Origin: Aquabacterium sp.
Lineage (GTDB): Bacteria > Pseudomonadota > Gammaproteobacteria > Burkholderiales > Burkholderiaceae_C
Assembly (NCBI GenBank): GCA_044377715.1
Contig: JBILYN010000001.1
Span: 13,892 to 77,891, forward strand
Length of the DNA: 64,000 nt
Direction: 5' to 3'
Shown one piece after another: positions 1 through 8,241 of the stretch (positions are counted from its first letter, which is position 1; the number at the start of each line of letters is the position of its first letter). A program made the translations under genes and the position numbers. The notes below the pieces were generated by a model. It worked only from the letters and a program-made list of their open reading frames with translations, was not told the DNA's origin and did no database searches.

Positions 1-807
1 CACGCCGTCACTTTTGCCGCCGGCCTGGCCTGTGAAGGGCTCAAACCGGTGCTGGCGATTTACTCCACCTTCTTGCAGCGCGGTTACGACCAGTTGATCC
101 ACGACGTGGCACTGCAGAACCTGCCGGTGGTGTTCGCGCTTGACCGCGCCGGTCTGGTCGGCGCCGACGGTGCCACCCATGCCGGGGCTTACGACATCGC
201 CTACCTGCGCTGCATCCCCAACCTCAGTGTGCTGACACCCGCGGATGAAGATGAATGCCGCAAGGCGCTGACCAGCGCATTCCGCCAGGATCATCCCGTG
301 GCGGTGCGCTACCCGCGCGGTGCAGGCATCGGCAAGGCTGTCGAGCCCGGTCTTGCCGAACTGCCTTGGGGTCGAGGCGAATTGCGACGTCAATCCGCAT
401 TGCCGGTTGGATCAGGCCGGCGCATTGCGATCCTGGCTTTCGGCACCTTGCTGTACCCGGCCTTGGCTGCAGCAGACAAGCTGGACGCCACCGTGGCCAA
501 CATGCGTTTCGCCAAACCGATCGACGCCGCACTGGTGATGGAACTCGCGCGCAGCCACGATGCACTGGTCACGGTCGAAGAAGGTGCGATCAGCGGCGGT
601 GCCGGCAGCGCCGTCGGTGAATGCCTGGCGGCCGCGGGCCTCACGCTGCCGCTGCTCCATCTGGGCTTGCCCGATGAGTTCATCGAGCACGGTGATGTAA
701 GCAAGCTGCTGATGGGCTTGGGCCTGGATGCCGCAGGCATCGAGGCCGCGGTACGCAAGCGCTTCGGTGGCCACCTCTCGCTGGTCAAGCCAGCGGTCAA
801 CGGGTGA
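1..807 (+). CDS. dxs: 1-deoxy-D-xylulose-5-phosphate synthase, C-terminal part (5' end lies outside the window)
   Basis: Frame 1 is open from base 1: [62 protein letters not shown], then AVRYPRG and LPDEFIEHG. These are characteristic Dxs motifs. Confidence 0.96.
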   Translation, partial: HAVTFAAGLACEGLKPVLAIYSTFLQRGYDQLIHDVALQNLPVVFALDRAGLVGADGATHAGAYDIAYLRCIPNLSVLTPADEDECRKALTSAFRQDHPVAVRYPRGAGIGKAVEPGLAELPWGRGELRRQSALPVGSGRRIAILAFGTLLYPALAAADKLDATVANMRFAKPIDAALVMELARSHDALVTVEEGAISGGAGSAVGECLAAAGLTLPLLHLGLPDEFIEHGDVSKLLMGLGLDAAGIEAAVRKRFGGHLSLVKPAVNG

Positions 808-850
808 GCAGCGCTCGCTTGCCTGGGTTGTGGAGCATGGCGCTGTGAGC

Positions 851-2092
851 ATGGGCGCTGGCTTGATCGACGCCGCGGTGCACGACGCGCAGGCCATGCG
901 CCGGGCCGATGCCGGGCTGCTGTCGCTGGCGCTGATGGACGCTCGCAACCGCACCTTGGGTTGGCTGGCGGCTTTCGAAGGTCTGCCGCTGGATTTGGCC
1001 TTCGATGGCTTTGACCCGCCTTGGTGGCTGGCGGGGCAAGCGGCCTGGTTCCAGGAGTTCTGGGTCGCCCGCCATGTGCAACGAGGCCGCGGCGAAGCTG
1101 CTGACCCGGCAGGGCTGCGCTTGGCGTCCGTCGAGCCGCGCGCCGACGGCTGGTTCGGTGCCCGAGCCAGTGGTCGCTCGCAGCGCTGGCAGCAGTCTCC
1201 GCCCAGGCTCGACGAGCTGCAAGCCTTTCTGGCGCTGACGCTGGAGACCACGCTCGACTTGCTCGACAAGGCAGAACCAGGCGACCAGGGCTTGCATGTG
1301 TTTCGCATGGCGCTGCTCAACGAGGACAGGCTGGGCGAGACCTTGGCCGTGCTGGTGCAGGGCTTGGCGTTGGGGCCAGAGCGCTACCAAACCTTGATGG
1401 AGCGCGGCTTGTGGCCCAGTTTGCCGAGTCGTAGCCGTCGCGACCCGCTGCACCTGCCGGGTCAGATGTTGATGCTGGGTTCGCCCCCGGGTGGCGCTGT
1501 GCCTGACGCCGAGAGGTGGGCGCACCAGGTGCAAGTGCCTGAATTCGAGATCGATGCGCAGCCCGTGACCTGGTCGCAATTTGTCGAGTTTGTCGATGAC
1601 GGTGGCTACGACGACAGGCGCTGGTGGACCCAGGCCGGTTGGACGGCGCTGGCGGCCAGCACCAGGCGCTCGCCGCGCTATGTTGAGCAAATGGCAGGCG
1701 GCGTGCTGGCGCGCCGTCAGGGCCGACTGCAGCGACTGCCGCTGGCACAAGCACTGGTGCATGTCAGTGCGCACGAGGCCATCGCCTGGTGCAACTGGTC
1801 CGGGCGACGCTTGCCCACCGAGGCCGAATGGACCTTGGCGGCTACCACTGCCAGCGCCCGCGGCTTTGCCTGGGGTGAATTGCTGGAGTGGGTGGCTGGC
1901 CAGGCCGGGCCTTACCCTGGGAATCCGGGCGGACCGGCGGCTTTGGATGCGCAGGACTTTGTAACGGGCTGGCGCGTGTTGCGGGGTGCTTCGGCTTGGG
2001 GCAGTCCGCGCCTTCGCCACCCGCAAGCCCGCCGCTTCGCAGCCCCCGAGCGCGACGAGTTGTTTGTCGGATTTCGCAGCTGCGCGGTGTAG
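851..2092 (+). CDS. SenA/EgtB-like DinB_2 + FGE-sulfatase domain protein with degenerate iron-binding triad
   Basis: N-terminal DARNRTL..PPWWLAGQAAWFQEFW; C-terminal FGE-fold motifs EIDAQPVTWSQFVEFVDDGGY, RRLPTEAEW, RVLRGAS, GFRSC. Start could be GTG 845 or ATG 851. Confidence 0.8.
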   Translation: MGAGLIDAAVHDAQAMRRADAGLLSLALMDARNRTLGWLAAFEGLPLDLAFDGFDPPWWLAGQAAWFQEFWVARHVQRGRGEAADPAGLRLASVEPRADGWFGARASGRSQRWQQSPPRLDELQAFLALTLETTLDLLDKAEPGDQGLHVFRMALLNEDRLGETLAVLVQGLALGPERYQTLMERGLWPSLPSRSRRDPLHLPGQMLMLGSPPGGAVPDAERWAHQVQVPEFEIDAQPVTWSQFVEFVDDGGYDDRRWWTQAGWTALAASTRRSPRYVEQMAGGVLARRQGRLQRLPLAQALVHVSAHEAIAWCNWSGRRLPTEAEWTLAATTASARGFAWGELLEWVAGQAGPYPGNPGGPAALDAQDFVTGWRVLRGASAWGSPRLRHPQARRFAAPERDELFVGFRSCAV

Positions 2093-2213
2093 TGGAGCCC
2101 GTTGCTGGCGGACAATTTTGGCTGTTTCGGCCATGAGCCGACCTGAAGTCGCGTGCTGGAAAACACAGGATTGGAAAACAGTTCTGCGCAGTCGCTCCTT
2201 CGCCCTTTCAGCC

Positions 2214-4379
2214 ATGAAACTCGCCGCTGCAATGTTGATTCGCCTGACCAAGCCCTGTGTTGCGGCTTGTCTGGTGGCTTGTCTGGTGGCTTGGCAGCTG
2301 CCAACAGCCTGGGCCGCCGAGGTCGTCGTCACCGGCTCGGCACGGGCGCAGCAAGTGCTCGACGCACCATTCGCCATCACCGTCGTCGACGCCTCGGCGC
2401 TGCGTGACGCTGGGCCGATGCTCAACCTGTCCGAGGTGATGGCCCGGGTGCCGGGGCTGGTGGTCAACAACCGCAACAACTACGCCCAGGACTTGCAGAT
2501 CAGCTCGCGCGGTTTTGGCGCCCGGGCGGCTTTCGGCGTTCGCGGGCTGAGGCTTTATGCCGACGGCATCCCCGCGACGATGCCCGACGGTCAAGGCCAG
2601 GCGGCGCATTTTGACCTCGCTGCGGCGCAACGCATCGAGGTGCTGCGCGGGCCGTTCTCGGTGCTGTATGGCAATGCCGCCGGTGGCGTGATCGCGATGT
2701 TCTCGGCGCCGGTCAAGCAGGCCCAGACCGAGTTGTCGCTCGATGCCGGCAGTTTCGGTCTGCGCCAGCAACGCTTTGGCGTTGCCAGCCCACTGGACGG
2801 CGGCTTCGACCTGCGCGCCAGCTACGCCGACCTGGATGTCGATGGTTTCCGACCCCAAAGTGCTGCGCATCGCAGCTTGGGCAACCTGCGGCTGGGCTGG
2901 CAGGGCGGCGCCGACAAGCTGACGCTGCTGGTGTCCGACCACCATCAGCGGGCGCAGGACCCGCTGGGGCTGACCGCAGCGCAGCATGCCACCAACCCGC
3001 GGCAGACCACGCCTGAAGCGCTGGCTTACGACACCCGCAAGACGATTCGCCAGACCCAGGCCGGGGTCAACTGGCGTCATGATTTTGGCGACGCCAGCGC
3101 GTTGCGTGAGAGTTTATTGACGGTCTACCACGGCTCGCGTGGTGTCACGCAGTGGCAGGCGATCACGCCGACTGCTCAAGCCAATGCCAAGAGCGGCGGT
3201 GGCGTGGTCGATTTCGACCGACTCTACGGCGGCGTCGAAGGCAAGCTGACGCTGCAACTCGGCGCCACCGACCTGGTCGCCGGCGTCAGCGTCGAATCAC
3301 TGCGCGACGACCGCCAGGGCTACGAGAACTTCAGCGGCCCATTGGCCACGCCGACCGTGCTGGGCATCACCGGCAAGCTGCGACGCAACGAGCTCAACCA
3401 TGCCACCACCACCGACGGTTTCGTGCAAGCGCGCAGGCCGTTTGCCGAAGGCTGGGACCTGACCGGCGGCATGCGCGCAGGTCGGGTCGAACTCAGCACC
3501 GAGGATCGCTTTGCCGTCAGCGCTGCCAACCCTGACGACTCTGGCAAGTTGTCCTACGCCTACGCCAACCCGGTGCTCGGCCTGCGCTGGACGCCTGCGC
3601 CCGCTTGGGCTCTGCATGCCAGTGCGGCGCGCGGTTTCGAATCGCCCACCTTGGGCGAATTGGCTTACAGCACGGCGTCGGCGGGCGGATTCAACAACGC
3701 GCTCAAAGGTCAAACCAGCCGTCAACTTGAGCTCGGTGCCAAATGGCGCAGCGCGGCGCTGGAGCTCGACGCCGCGTTGTTCAAGGTCGCCACATCGAAC
3801 GAGATCGGTGTGCTGTCGAACGGCGGCGGTCGCTCAATTTACCAAAATGTCGGGCGCACCCAGCGCTACGGCGCCGAACTCTCAGGCTTGTGGCGCCCGG
3901 CGCCCGGCCTGCGCCTGCAGGCGGCGCTGTCACTGCTGCATGCGCAGTACCTCGACAGCTTTCCGACCTGTACCGGCACACCTTGCAGCCCCACCAGCAA
4001 CGCGGCCACTGTGCGGGCTGGCAACCAGATCTCGGGCACCCAAAAGGCGACCGGCTGGGCCGAGGCCGCTTGGCGACCGGGTACGGTCTTGGCCGGATTT
4101 CCAGGCGAGCTGGGGCTGGAGTGGCGCGGCATCGCGCGTACGCTGGCCAACGACACCAACAGCGCCGTGGCGGCAGGCTATGCGCTGGCCAACTTGCGCT
4201 GGAGTGGCAGCCTGCCGCTGGGTGCGCAGGACTCGATCGAGGCGCTGGCGCGGATCGACAATCTGTTTCACAAGGCATTCGTCGGCAGCGTGATCGTCAA
4301 CGACGGCAACAGCCGCTTTTTCGAGCCCGGTGCGCCGCGCAGCGCGCTGGTGTCGCTGCGCTGGCAGCATCGCTGGTGA
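2214..4379 (+). CDS. yncD: TonB-dependent receptor, YncD/PqqU family
   Basis: Plug motif NLSEVMARVPGLVVNNRNNYAQDLQISSRGFGARAAFGVRGLRLYADGIPATMPDGQGQ and IEVLRGPFSVLYGN closely match E. coli YncD as recalled. Signal peptide present; C-terminal aromatic residue (HRW). Confidence 0.8.
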   Translation: MKLAAAMLIRLTKPCVAACLVACLVAWQLPTAWAAEVVVTGSARAQQVLDAPFAITVVDASALRDAGPMLNLSEVMARVPGLVVNNRNNYAQDLQISSRGFGARAAFGVRGLRLYADGIPATMPDGQGQAAHFDLAAAQRIEVLRGPFSVLYGNAAGGVIAMFSAPVKQAQTELSLDAGSFGLRQQRFGVASPLDGGFDLRASYADLDVDGFRPQSAAHRSLGNLRLGWQGGADKLTLLVSDHHQRAQDPLGLTAAQHATNPRQTTPEALAYDTRKTIRQTQAGVNWRHDFGDASALRESLLTVYHGSRGVTQWQAITPTAQANAKSGGGVVDFDRLYGGVEGKLTLQLGATDLVAGVSVESLRDDRQGYENFSGPLATPTVLGITGKLRRNELNHATTTDGFVQARRPFAEGWDLTGGMRAGRVELSTEDRFAVSAANPDDSGKLSYAYANPVLGLRWTPAPAWALHASAARGFESPTLGELAYSTASAGGFNNALKGQTSRQLELGAKWRSAALELDAALFKVATSNEIGVLSNGGGRSIYQNVGRTQRYGAELSGLWRPAPGLRLQAALSLLHAQYLDSFPTCTGTPCSPTSNAATVRAGNQISGTQKATGWAEAAWRPGTVLAGFPGELGLEWRGIARTLANDTNSAVAAGYALANLRWSGSLPLGAQDSIEALARIDNLFHKAFVGSVIVNDGNSRFFEPGAPRSALVSLRWQHRW

Positions 4380-4410
4380 ACTGATGGCGACCGTTCGGCC
4401 GGATTGATGC

Positions 4411-5892
4411 ATGCAGCTGGACCTACCGCGCCTGGTGATGCGGCGAGCCGGCTCAGTTGCCGCAGCGGTGCTGTTGTTGGCGCTAGGCTTGGGTCTGGCG
4501 CGCATGGGCGCGGACATCGACGACGAGGTCGATGCTGCGGTCACGCTGGCCCAATGGATGGCCAAACTGACTGCTGCGGCGCCGCTCGACGACGCCGCCG
4601 CTTTGGGCGAGCTGCGCAAGCTCTTGGCCGATCACCCGCCGCGCCATCTGCTGCTCAGCGTGCAAGACGGCGACGGCCGATTGCTGCTGGTGCCACCAGC
4701 GCCGCAGCCGACCACAGCGCTGGACGGACTGCTGGCACTGCATCGCCGCTTGCTCTCGGCGCCTGACGCGCGTCAGGTCAGCTGGGACCTGCTGCGGCCT
4801 GGCGGCGCGCGCTGGACCGTCACGCTGACGGCATCGCACGAGAGCGAACGCCGCGAGGCGATGGTCAACCTGGTCGGCACGCTGGCGCTGCTGCTGGCCT
4901 GCATCGCCGGGCTGCTGCTGGCGATGCGCTGGAACCTTCGCCGGGCACTGGCGCCGTTGGACCGCTTGCTGGCGGCGATCGACGGCATCGAAGGCCATGA
5001 TGCCCAGGCTGTTCAGGCCTTGCCGGCGATGCCGGTTCGCGAACTCGAGACCTTGGCTTCAGCCTTGCGCCATCTGGGTGGCGCGCTCGATGCCGCACAA
5101 GCACAGCGGCGCCTGCTCAGCCAGCAAGTGCTGACGCTGCAGGAGGACGAGCGCGCCCGATTGGCGCGCGAACTGCACGACGAGTTCGGGCAGCGCCTGA
5201 CGGCTTTGCGCTTGGATGCGGTCTGGCTGTCGCACCAAGTTGCAGGACAGCCCTTGCTCATGCCGGTGGTCGAGGGCATGGCACGACAGTGCGCGCTGGT
5301 CCAGCAAGACATCCGCTCGCTGCTGTCGCGGCTGCAGCCCTTTGGTCACGACGACGATGCCCACAGCGAGAGCCTGTTGCGACTGGTCTCCTTGTTGCGC
5401 GCGCTGGTGGCCAGCTGGATCCAGCCTGGTCGTGGGCAGGCTACGGTCTGCCGGCTCGATCTGCGCTGGCTGGATTCGGACGGCCAGCCCATCGCCTGGC
5501 CCAACGACGATGCCGCAGAGGACTTGCGGCTGACGGGCTCGCTGGCGCTGGCGATTTACCGCATCAGCCAGGAGGCGTTGACCAATGTCGCCCGCCATGC
5601 GCAGGCCAGTGTTGCGACGCTGGCGCTCAGTTGCCGGGGCGACACCAGGCCTGGCGCGCCGCTGCGCATCGATTGGTCGGCCAGCGACGACGGCGTCGGC
5701 CTGATTGATGCCGAGGCAGTGAGCCAGCGCGGCAAGGGCATCTCCGGCATCCAGGCGCGGGTTTGGGCCCAGGGCGGCGAGCTTTGCTGCGAGCCCTTGC
5801 AAGCCGGCAGCGCAAACCCCGGTCTGCGGCTGTCGGCCAGTTTCAGGAGCACCTGGTGTACGAAGAGCGTGCTGCGGGAGGCCCACCCATGA
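4411..5892 (+). CDS. Membrane sensor histidine kinase, HisKA_3 (MoxY/NarX-like) with HAMP
   Basis: Two TM segments, HAMP-like LAPLDRLLAAI, H-box LARELHDEFGQRLTAL, N-box IYRISQEALTNVARHA, DDGVG, GKGISGIQARV. Confidence 0.9.
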   Translation: MQLDLPRLVMRRAGSVAAAVLLLALGLGLARMGADIDDEVDAAVTLAQWMAKLTAAAPLDDAAALGELRKLLADHPPRHLLLSVQDGDGRLLLVPPAPQPTTALDGLLALHRRLLSAPDARQVSWDLLRPGGARWTVTLTASHESERREAMVNLVGTLALLLACIAGLLLAMRWNLRRALAPLDRLLAAIDGIEGHDAQAVQALPAMPVRELETLASALRHLGGALDAAQAQRRLLSQQVLTLQEDERARLARELHDEFGQRLTALRLDAVWLSHQVAGQPLLMPVVEGMARQCALVQQDIRSLLSRLQPFGHDDDAHSESLLRLVSLLRALVASWIQPGRGQATVCRLDLRWLDSDGQPIAWPNDDAAEDLRLTGSLALAIYRISQEALTNVARHAQASVATLALSCRGDTRPGAPLRIDWSASDDGVGLIDAEAVSQRGKGISGIQARVWAQGGELCCEPLQAGSANPGLRLSASFRSTWCTKSVLREAHP

Positions 5893-6035
5893 CCGTCTCG
5901 GTGATGCGGGTCGACGAACATGCTTTGGCGATGTCGGCTGATCGGCGCCGGCACTCGCTCGATCGGGTCCTGCAAACTGCCCGATGCCGTGGCCTGGATA
6001 CCTGCTGGTCAAGCTGTTTGACCGTTGAAGCTTGA
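5889..6035 (+). pseudogene. Probable remnant of a NarL/LuxR-type response regulator
   Basis: ATG overlaps the kinase TGA (ATGA). MTVSVMRVDEHAL resembles a receiver N-terminus (MxIxVMLVDDHAL). The ORF stops after 48 codons. Confidence 0.45.
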
Positions 6036-6045
6036 GCGTTGAGGG

Positions 6046-6121
6046 CTCTCGAGTAAATGTGGCTTGGCCACTTTGCTTGACCCCCCATGGGGGGCGGCCG
6101 GCGTCGGCCGGCCTCGGGGCG
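6046..6121 (-). repeat. 75-nt triple-hairpin dispersed element, copy 1 (76 nt, most diverged)
   Basis: Reverse complement is CGCCCCGAGGCCGGCCGACGCCGGCCGCCCCCCATGGGGGGTCAAGCAAAGTGGCCAAGCCACATTTACTCGAGAG; matches copies at 15140, 40002, 50122 and 56319. Confidence 0.95.
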
Positions 6122-6136
6122 CTCAGTGCCGCGGGC

Positions 6137-7126
6137 TCAATCGGTGGCGCCAGCCAGCCCCAGCCGTTCGACCACCCGCCGCTCGCTCTCGTAGGCGGCG
6201 CGCAGCGAGCGGGCATAGTCTTCCGGGCCCAGGTAGCTGATCTCCTGGTCGTAGAGCGCCAGCTCGGCCAGGTGTTCGGGGGCGTTCATCGCGCTGCGAA
6301 AGGCGTCGTGCAGGATCTGCACGACATGCGGCGGGATGCCGGCAGGCCCGGCGATGCCGTAGGGTGAGCTCGCGACGATGCCGTGACCCAGCTCTTGCAG
6401 CGTGGGCACGCTGGGCCAGCGCTTGGTGCGGTACTCGCCAAAGGTCACCAGCAGGCGCAGCCGGCCGCTGTCGACGAAGGGCGCGAAGCCGTTGGAGTTG
6501 ACCCCGACCATCACCTGGCCCGACGAGACCGCGATCATCTGCTCGGCTGTGCCTTTGTAAGGCACGTGGATGTAGCTCAATCCCCGCTTGCCGAACAACT
6601 CGTCGACCACCCCATGCGGCGTGGTGCCGGCGCCGTTGGTGGCGATGGTCAGCGCGCCAGGGTGGGTGCGGGCATAGGTGAACAAGTCGTCCAAGCTGCG
6701 CAGGCCGCTGGCCGCTGGCACGACGATGCCGAAGGTCACGCCCGAGAGCTGGATGATGGGCGTGGTGTCGCGTATCGGGTCCCACAGCACCTTGCGGGTC
6801 CAGGGCGCGCGCAGCACGGTCTGCGGCATCTGGGCCAGCGTGTAGCCGTCGGGCGCGGCCTGCTGCAGGATGGGCATGGCCAGCGTGCCGCCGGCCCCGC
6901 CGCGGTTCTGTACCAAGATCTTCTGGCCGAGCTGGCGCGACGCGGCTTCGCACAGCACGCGAAAGCTCAGGTCGGTGGCACCGCCTGCTGGCCAGGGCAG
7001 CCAGAGATTGATCGGTCGGGTCGGAAAGCGTTGCGGCGCCTTGGCCAGCGCGGCGCCCCAGGCCGGTCCGAGTGCTGCGGTGGACAGCCAAGCCAGCAGC
7101 TGTCGGCGCTTGCCTGAGCGGTTCAC
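6137..7126 (-). CDS. Tripartite tricarboxylate transporter substrate-binding protein (Bug/TctC family)
   Basis: FPTRPINLWLPWPAGGATD, VQNRGGAGG, DGYTL, HVPYKGTAE, PSVPTLQELG. Confidence 0.92.
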   Translation of the reverse strand: MNRSGKRRQLLAWLSTAALGPAWGAALAKAPQRFPTRPINLWLPWPAGGATDLSFRVLCEAASRQLGQKILVQNRGGAGGTLAMPILQQAAPDGYTLAQMPQTVLRAPWTRKVLWDPIRDTTPIIQLSGVTFGIVVPAASGLRSLDDLFTYARTHPGALTIATNGAGTTPHGVVDELFGKRGLSYIHVPYKGTAEQMIAVSSGQVMVGVNSNGFAPFVDSGRLRLLVTFGEYRTKRWPSVPTLQELGHGIVASSPYGIAGPAGIPPHVVQILHDAFRSAMNAPEHLAELALYDQEISYLGPEDYARSLRAAYESERRVVERLGLAGATD

Positions 7127-7401
7127 GCCGGACTCCCGCTTAAGGTCAGTGCTTCGGCCTGCAATCGAGCTGGTGCGACGGTTATTTTCATGGGCGCTGT
7201 TTGTAGTGGCTCAGCCCACAACTGCAAAGCTTCGCGGATTGCTCGCAACCCCTTGCCGGACTATATCGGTCTGGTGCGCAAGCACTGGCCTGCCGCGAAA
7301 GTCGTTCGCCGTCGACAATGGCCGCTGGAGCGCCGGGCAGACAAGCCTGCGCTTGTCGTGTCGCCGTGGCACAGTCCGGTTCAAACCCCAGGAGAAAACG
7401 A

Positions 7402-8190
7402 ATGGATCTCGGAATTTCAGGCAAGTGGGCATTGGTCTGCGCGGCCAGCAAAGGCCTGGGCAAGGGTTGCGCGCAGGCGCTGGTTCGCGAAGGCTGCAAC
7501 GTCGTCATCACAGCACGCGGCGACGAAGCGCTGCAGGCGACTGCGGCCGAACTGCGGGGCATCAACCCTGCCGTCAAGGTGATCACGGTGGCCGGCGACA
7601 TCACCACGCCCGAAGGCAGGGCGGCGGCGCTGGCAGCTTGTCCGCAAGTCGACATCCTCGTCAACAACGCTGGTGGCCCGGCACCGGGCGACTTCAGGAC
7701 CTGGGACCGCGAGGCCTGGATCAAGGCCTTGGACGCCAACATGCTCACACCGATCGAACTGATCAAGGCATGTGTCGACTCGATGGCCGAGCGCGGTTTC
7801 GGCCGCATCGTCAACATCACATCGGCTGCGGTGAAAGCGCCTATCGACATCCTGGGCCTGAGCAATGGCGCCAGGTCAGGCTTGACCGGTTTTGTCGCCG
7901 GTGTTGCGCGTCAGACGGCGCTGGCTTCGCGCAATGTGACGATCAACGGCTTGCTGCCTGGTCCGTTCGACACCGACCGGCTGCGCACCACGATGGCGGG
8001 TGCGGCGCAAAAAAGCGGGCAGCCGATCGAGGCCGTGCTGGCCTCGCGCCGCAAGCTCAACCCGACCCAGCGCTTCGGCTCGGCCGAAGAGTTCGGCGCG
8101 TTCTGCGCTTTCATGTGCAGCGCCCATGCCGGCTACATGACCGGGCAGAACATCCTGCTCGACGGCGGCGCCTACCCCGGCACCTACTGA
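7402..8190 (+). CDS. SDR family oxidoreductase (atypical SNxxR active-site subgroup)
   Basis: MDLGISGKWALVCAASKGLG, DILVNNAGGP, GRIVNITS, LSNGAR, ITVNGLLPG-like segment, LLDGG. RBS GGAG upstream. Confidence 0.9.
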   Translation: MDLGISGKWALVCAASKGLGKGCAQALVREGCNVVITARGDEALQATAAELRGINPAVKVITVAGDITTPEGRAAALAACPQVDILVNNAGGPAPGDFRTWDREAWIKALDANMLTPIELIKACVDSMAERGFGRIVNITSAAVKAPIDILGLSNGARSGLTGFVAGVARQTALASRNVTINGLLPGPFDTDRLRTTMAGAAQKSGQPIEAVLASRRKLNPTQRFGSAEEFGAFCAFMCSAHAGYMTGQNILLDGGAYPGTY

Positions 8191-8197
8191 CCTGATG

Positions 8198-8226
8198 GCC
8201 TGGGCCCGCAGCCTGCGGGCCCAGGC
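8198..8226. terminator. Strong hairpin between convergent genes (possible bidirectional terminator)
   Basis: GCCTGGGCCCGCAG-C-CTGCGGGCCCAGGC is a 14-bp perfect inverted repeat; there is no clear U-tract. Confidence 0.55.
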
Positions 8227-8241
8227 TGGCTCAGCTGCCGA

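Noticed and set aside
851-2092. A selenoneine or ergothioneine biosynthetic cluster
   Set aside because: No senB, selD, egtD or egtC nearby, and the metal triad is absent.
2264-2293. 12-nt tandem repeat (GGCTTGTCTGGT x2.5) in the receptor signal peptide
   Set aside because: In-frame slippage giving ACLV-ACLV; too few units to suggest phase variation.
797-2479. Long antisense or alternative-frame ORFs (also 20121..21824 -, 29198..30835 +, 47389..49065 -, 52457..54112 -, 48981..50522 -)
   Set aside because: They overlap well-supported genes, are Arg/Ala/Pro-rich with no motifs, and are the expected shadow ORFs of high-GC DNA.
7127-7401. Possible gene remnant between tctC and the SDR
   Set aside because: No frame gave a recognisable motif; the region is compatible with a divergent promoter region.
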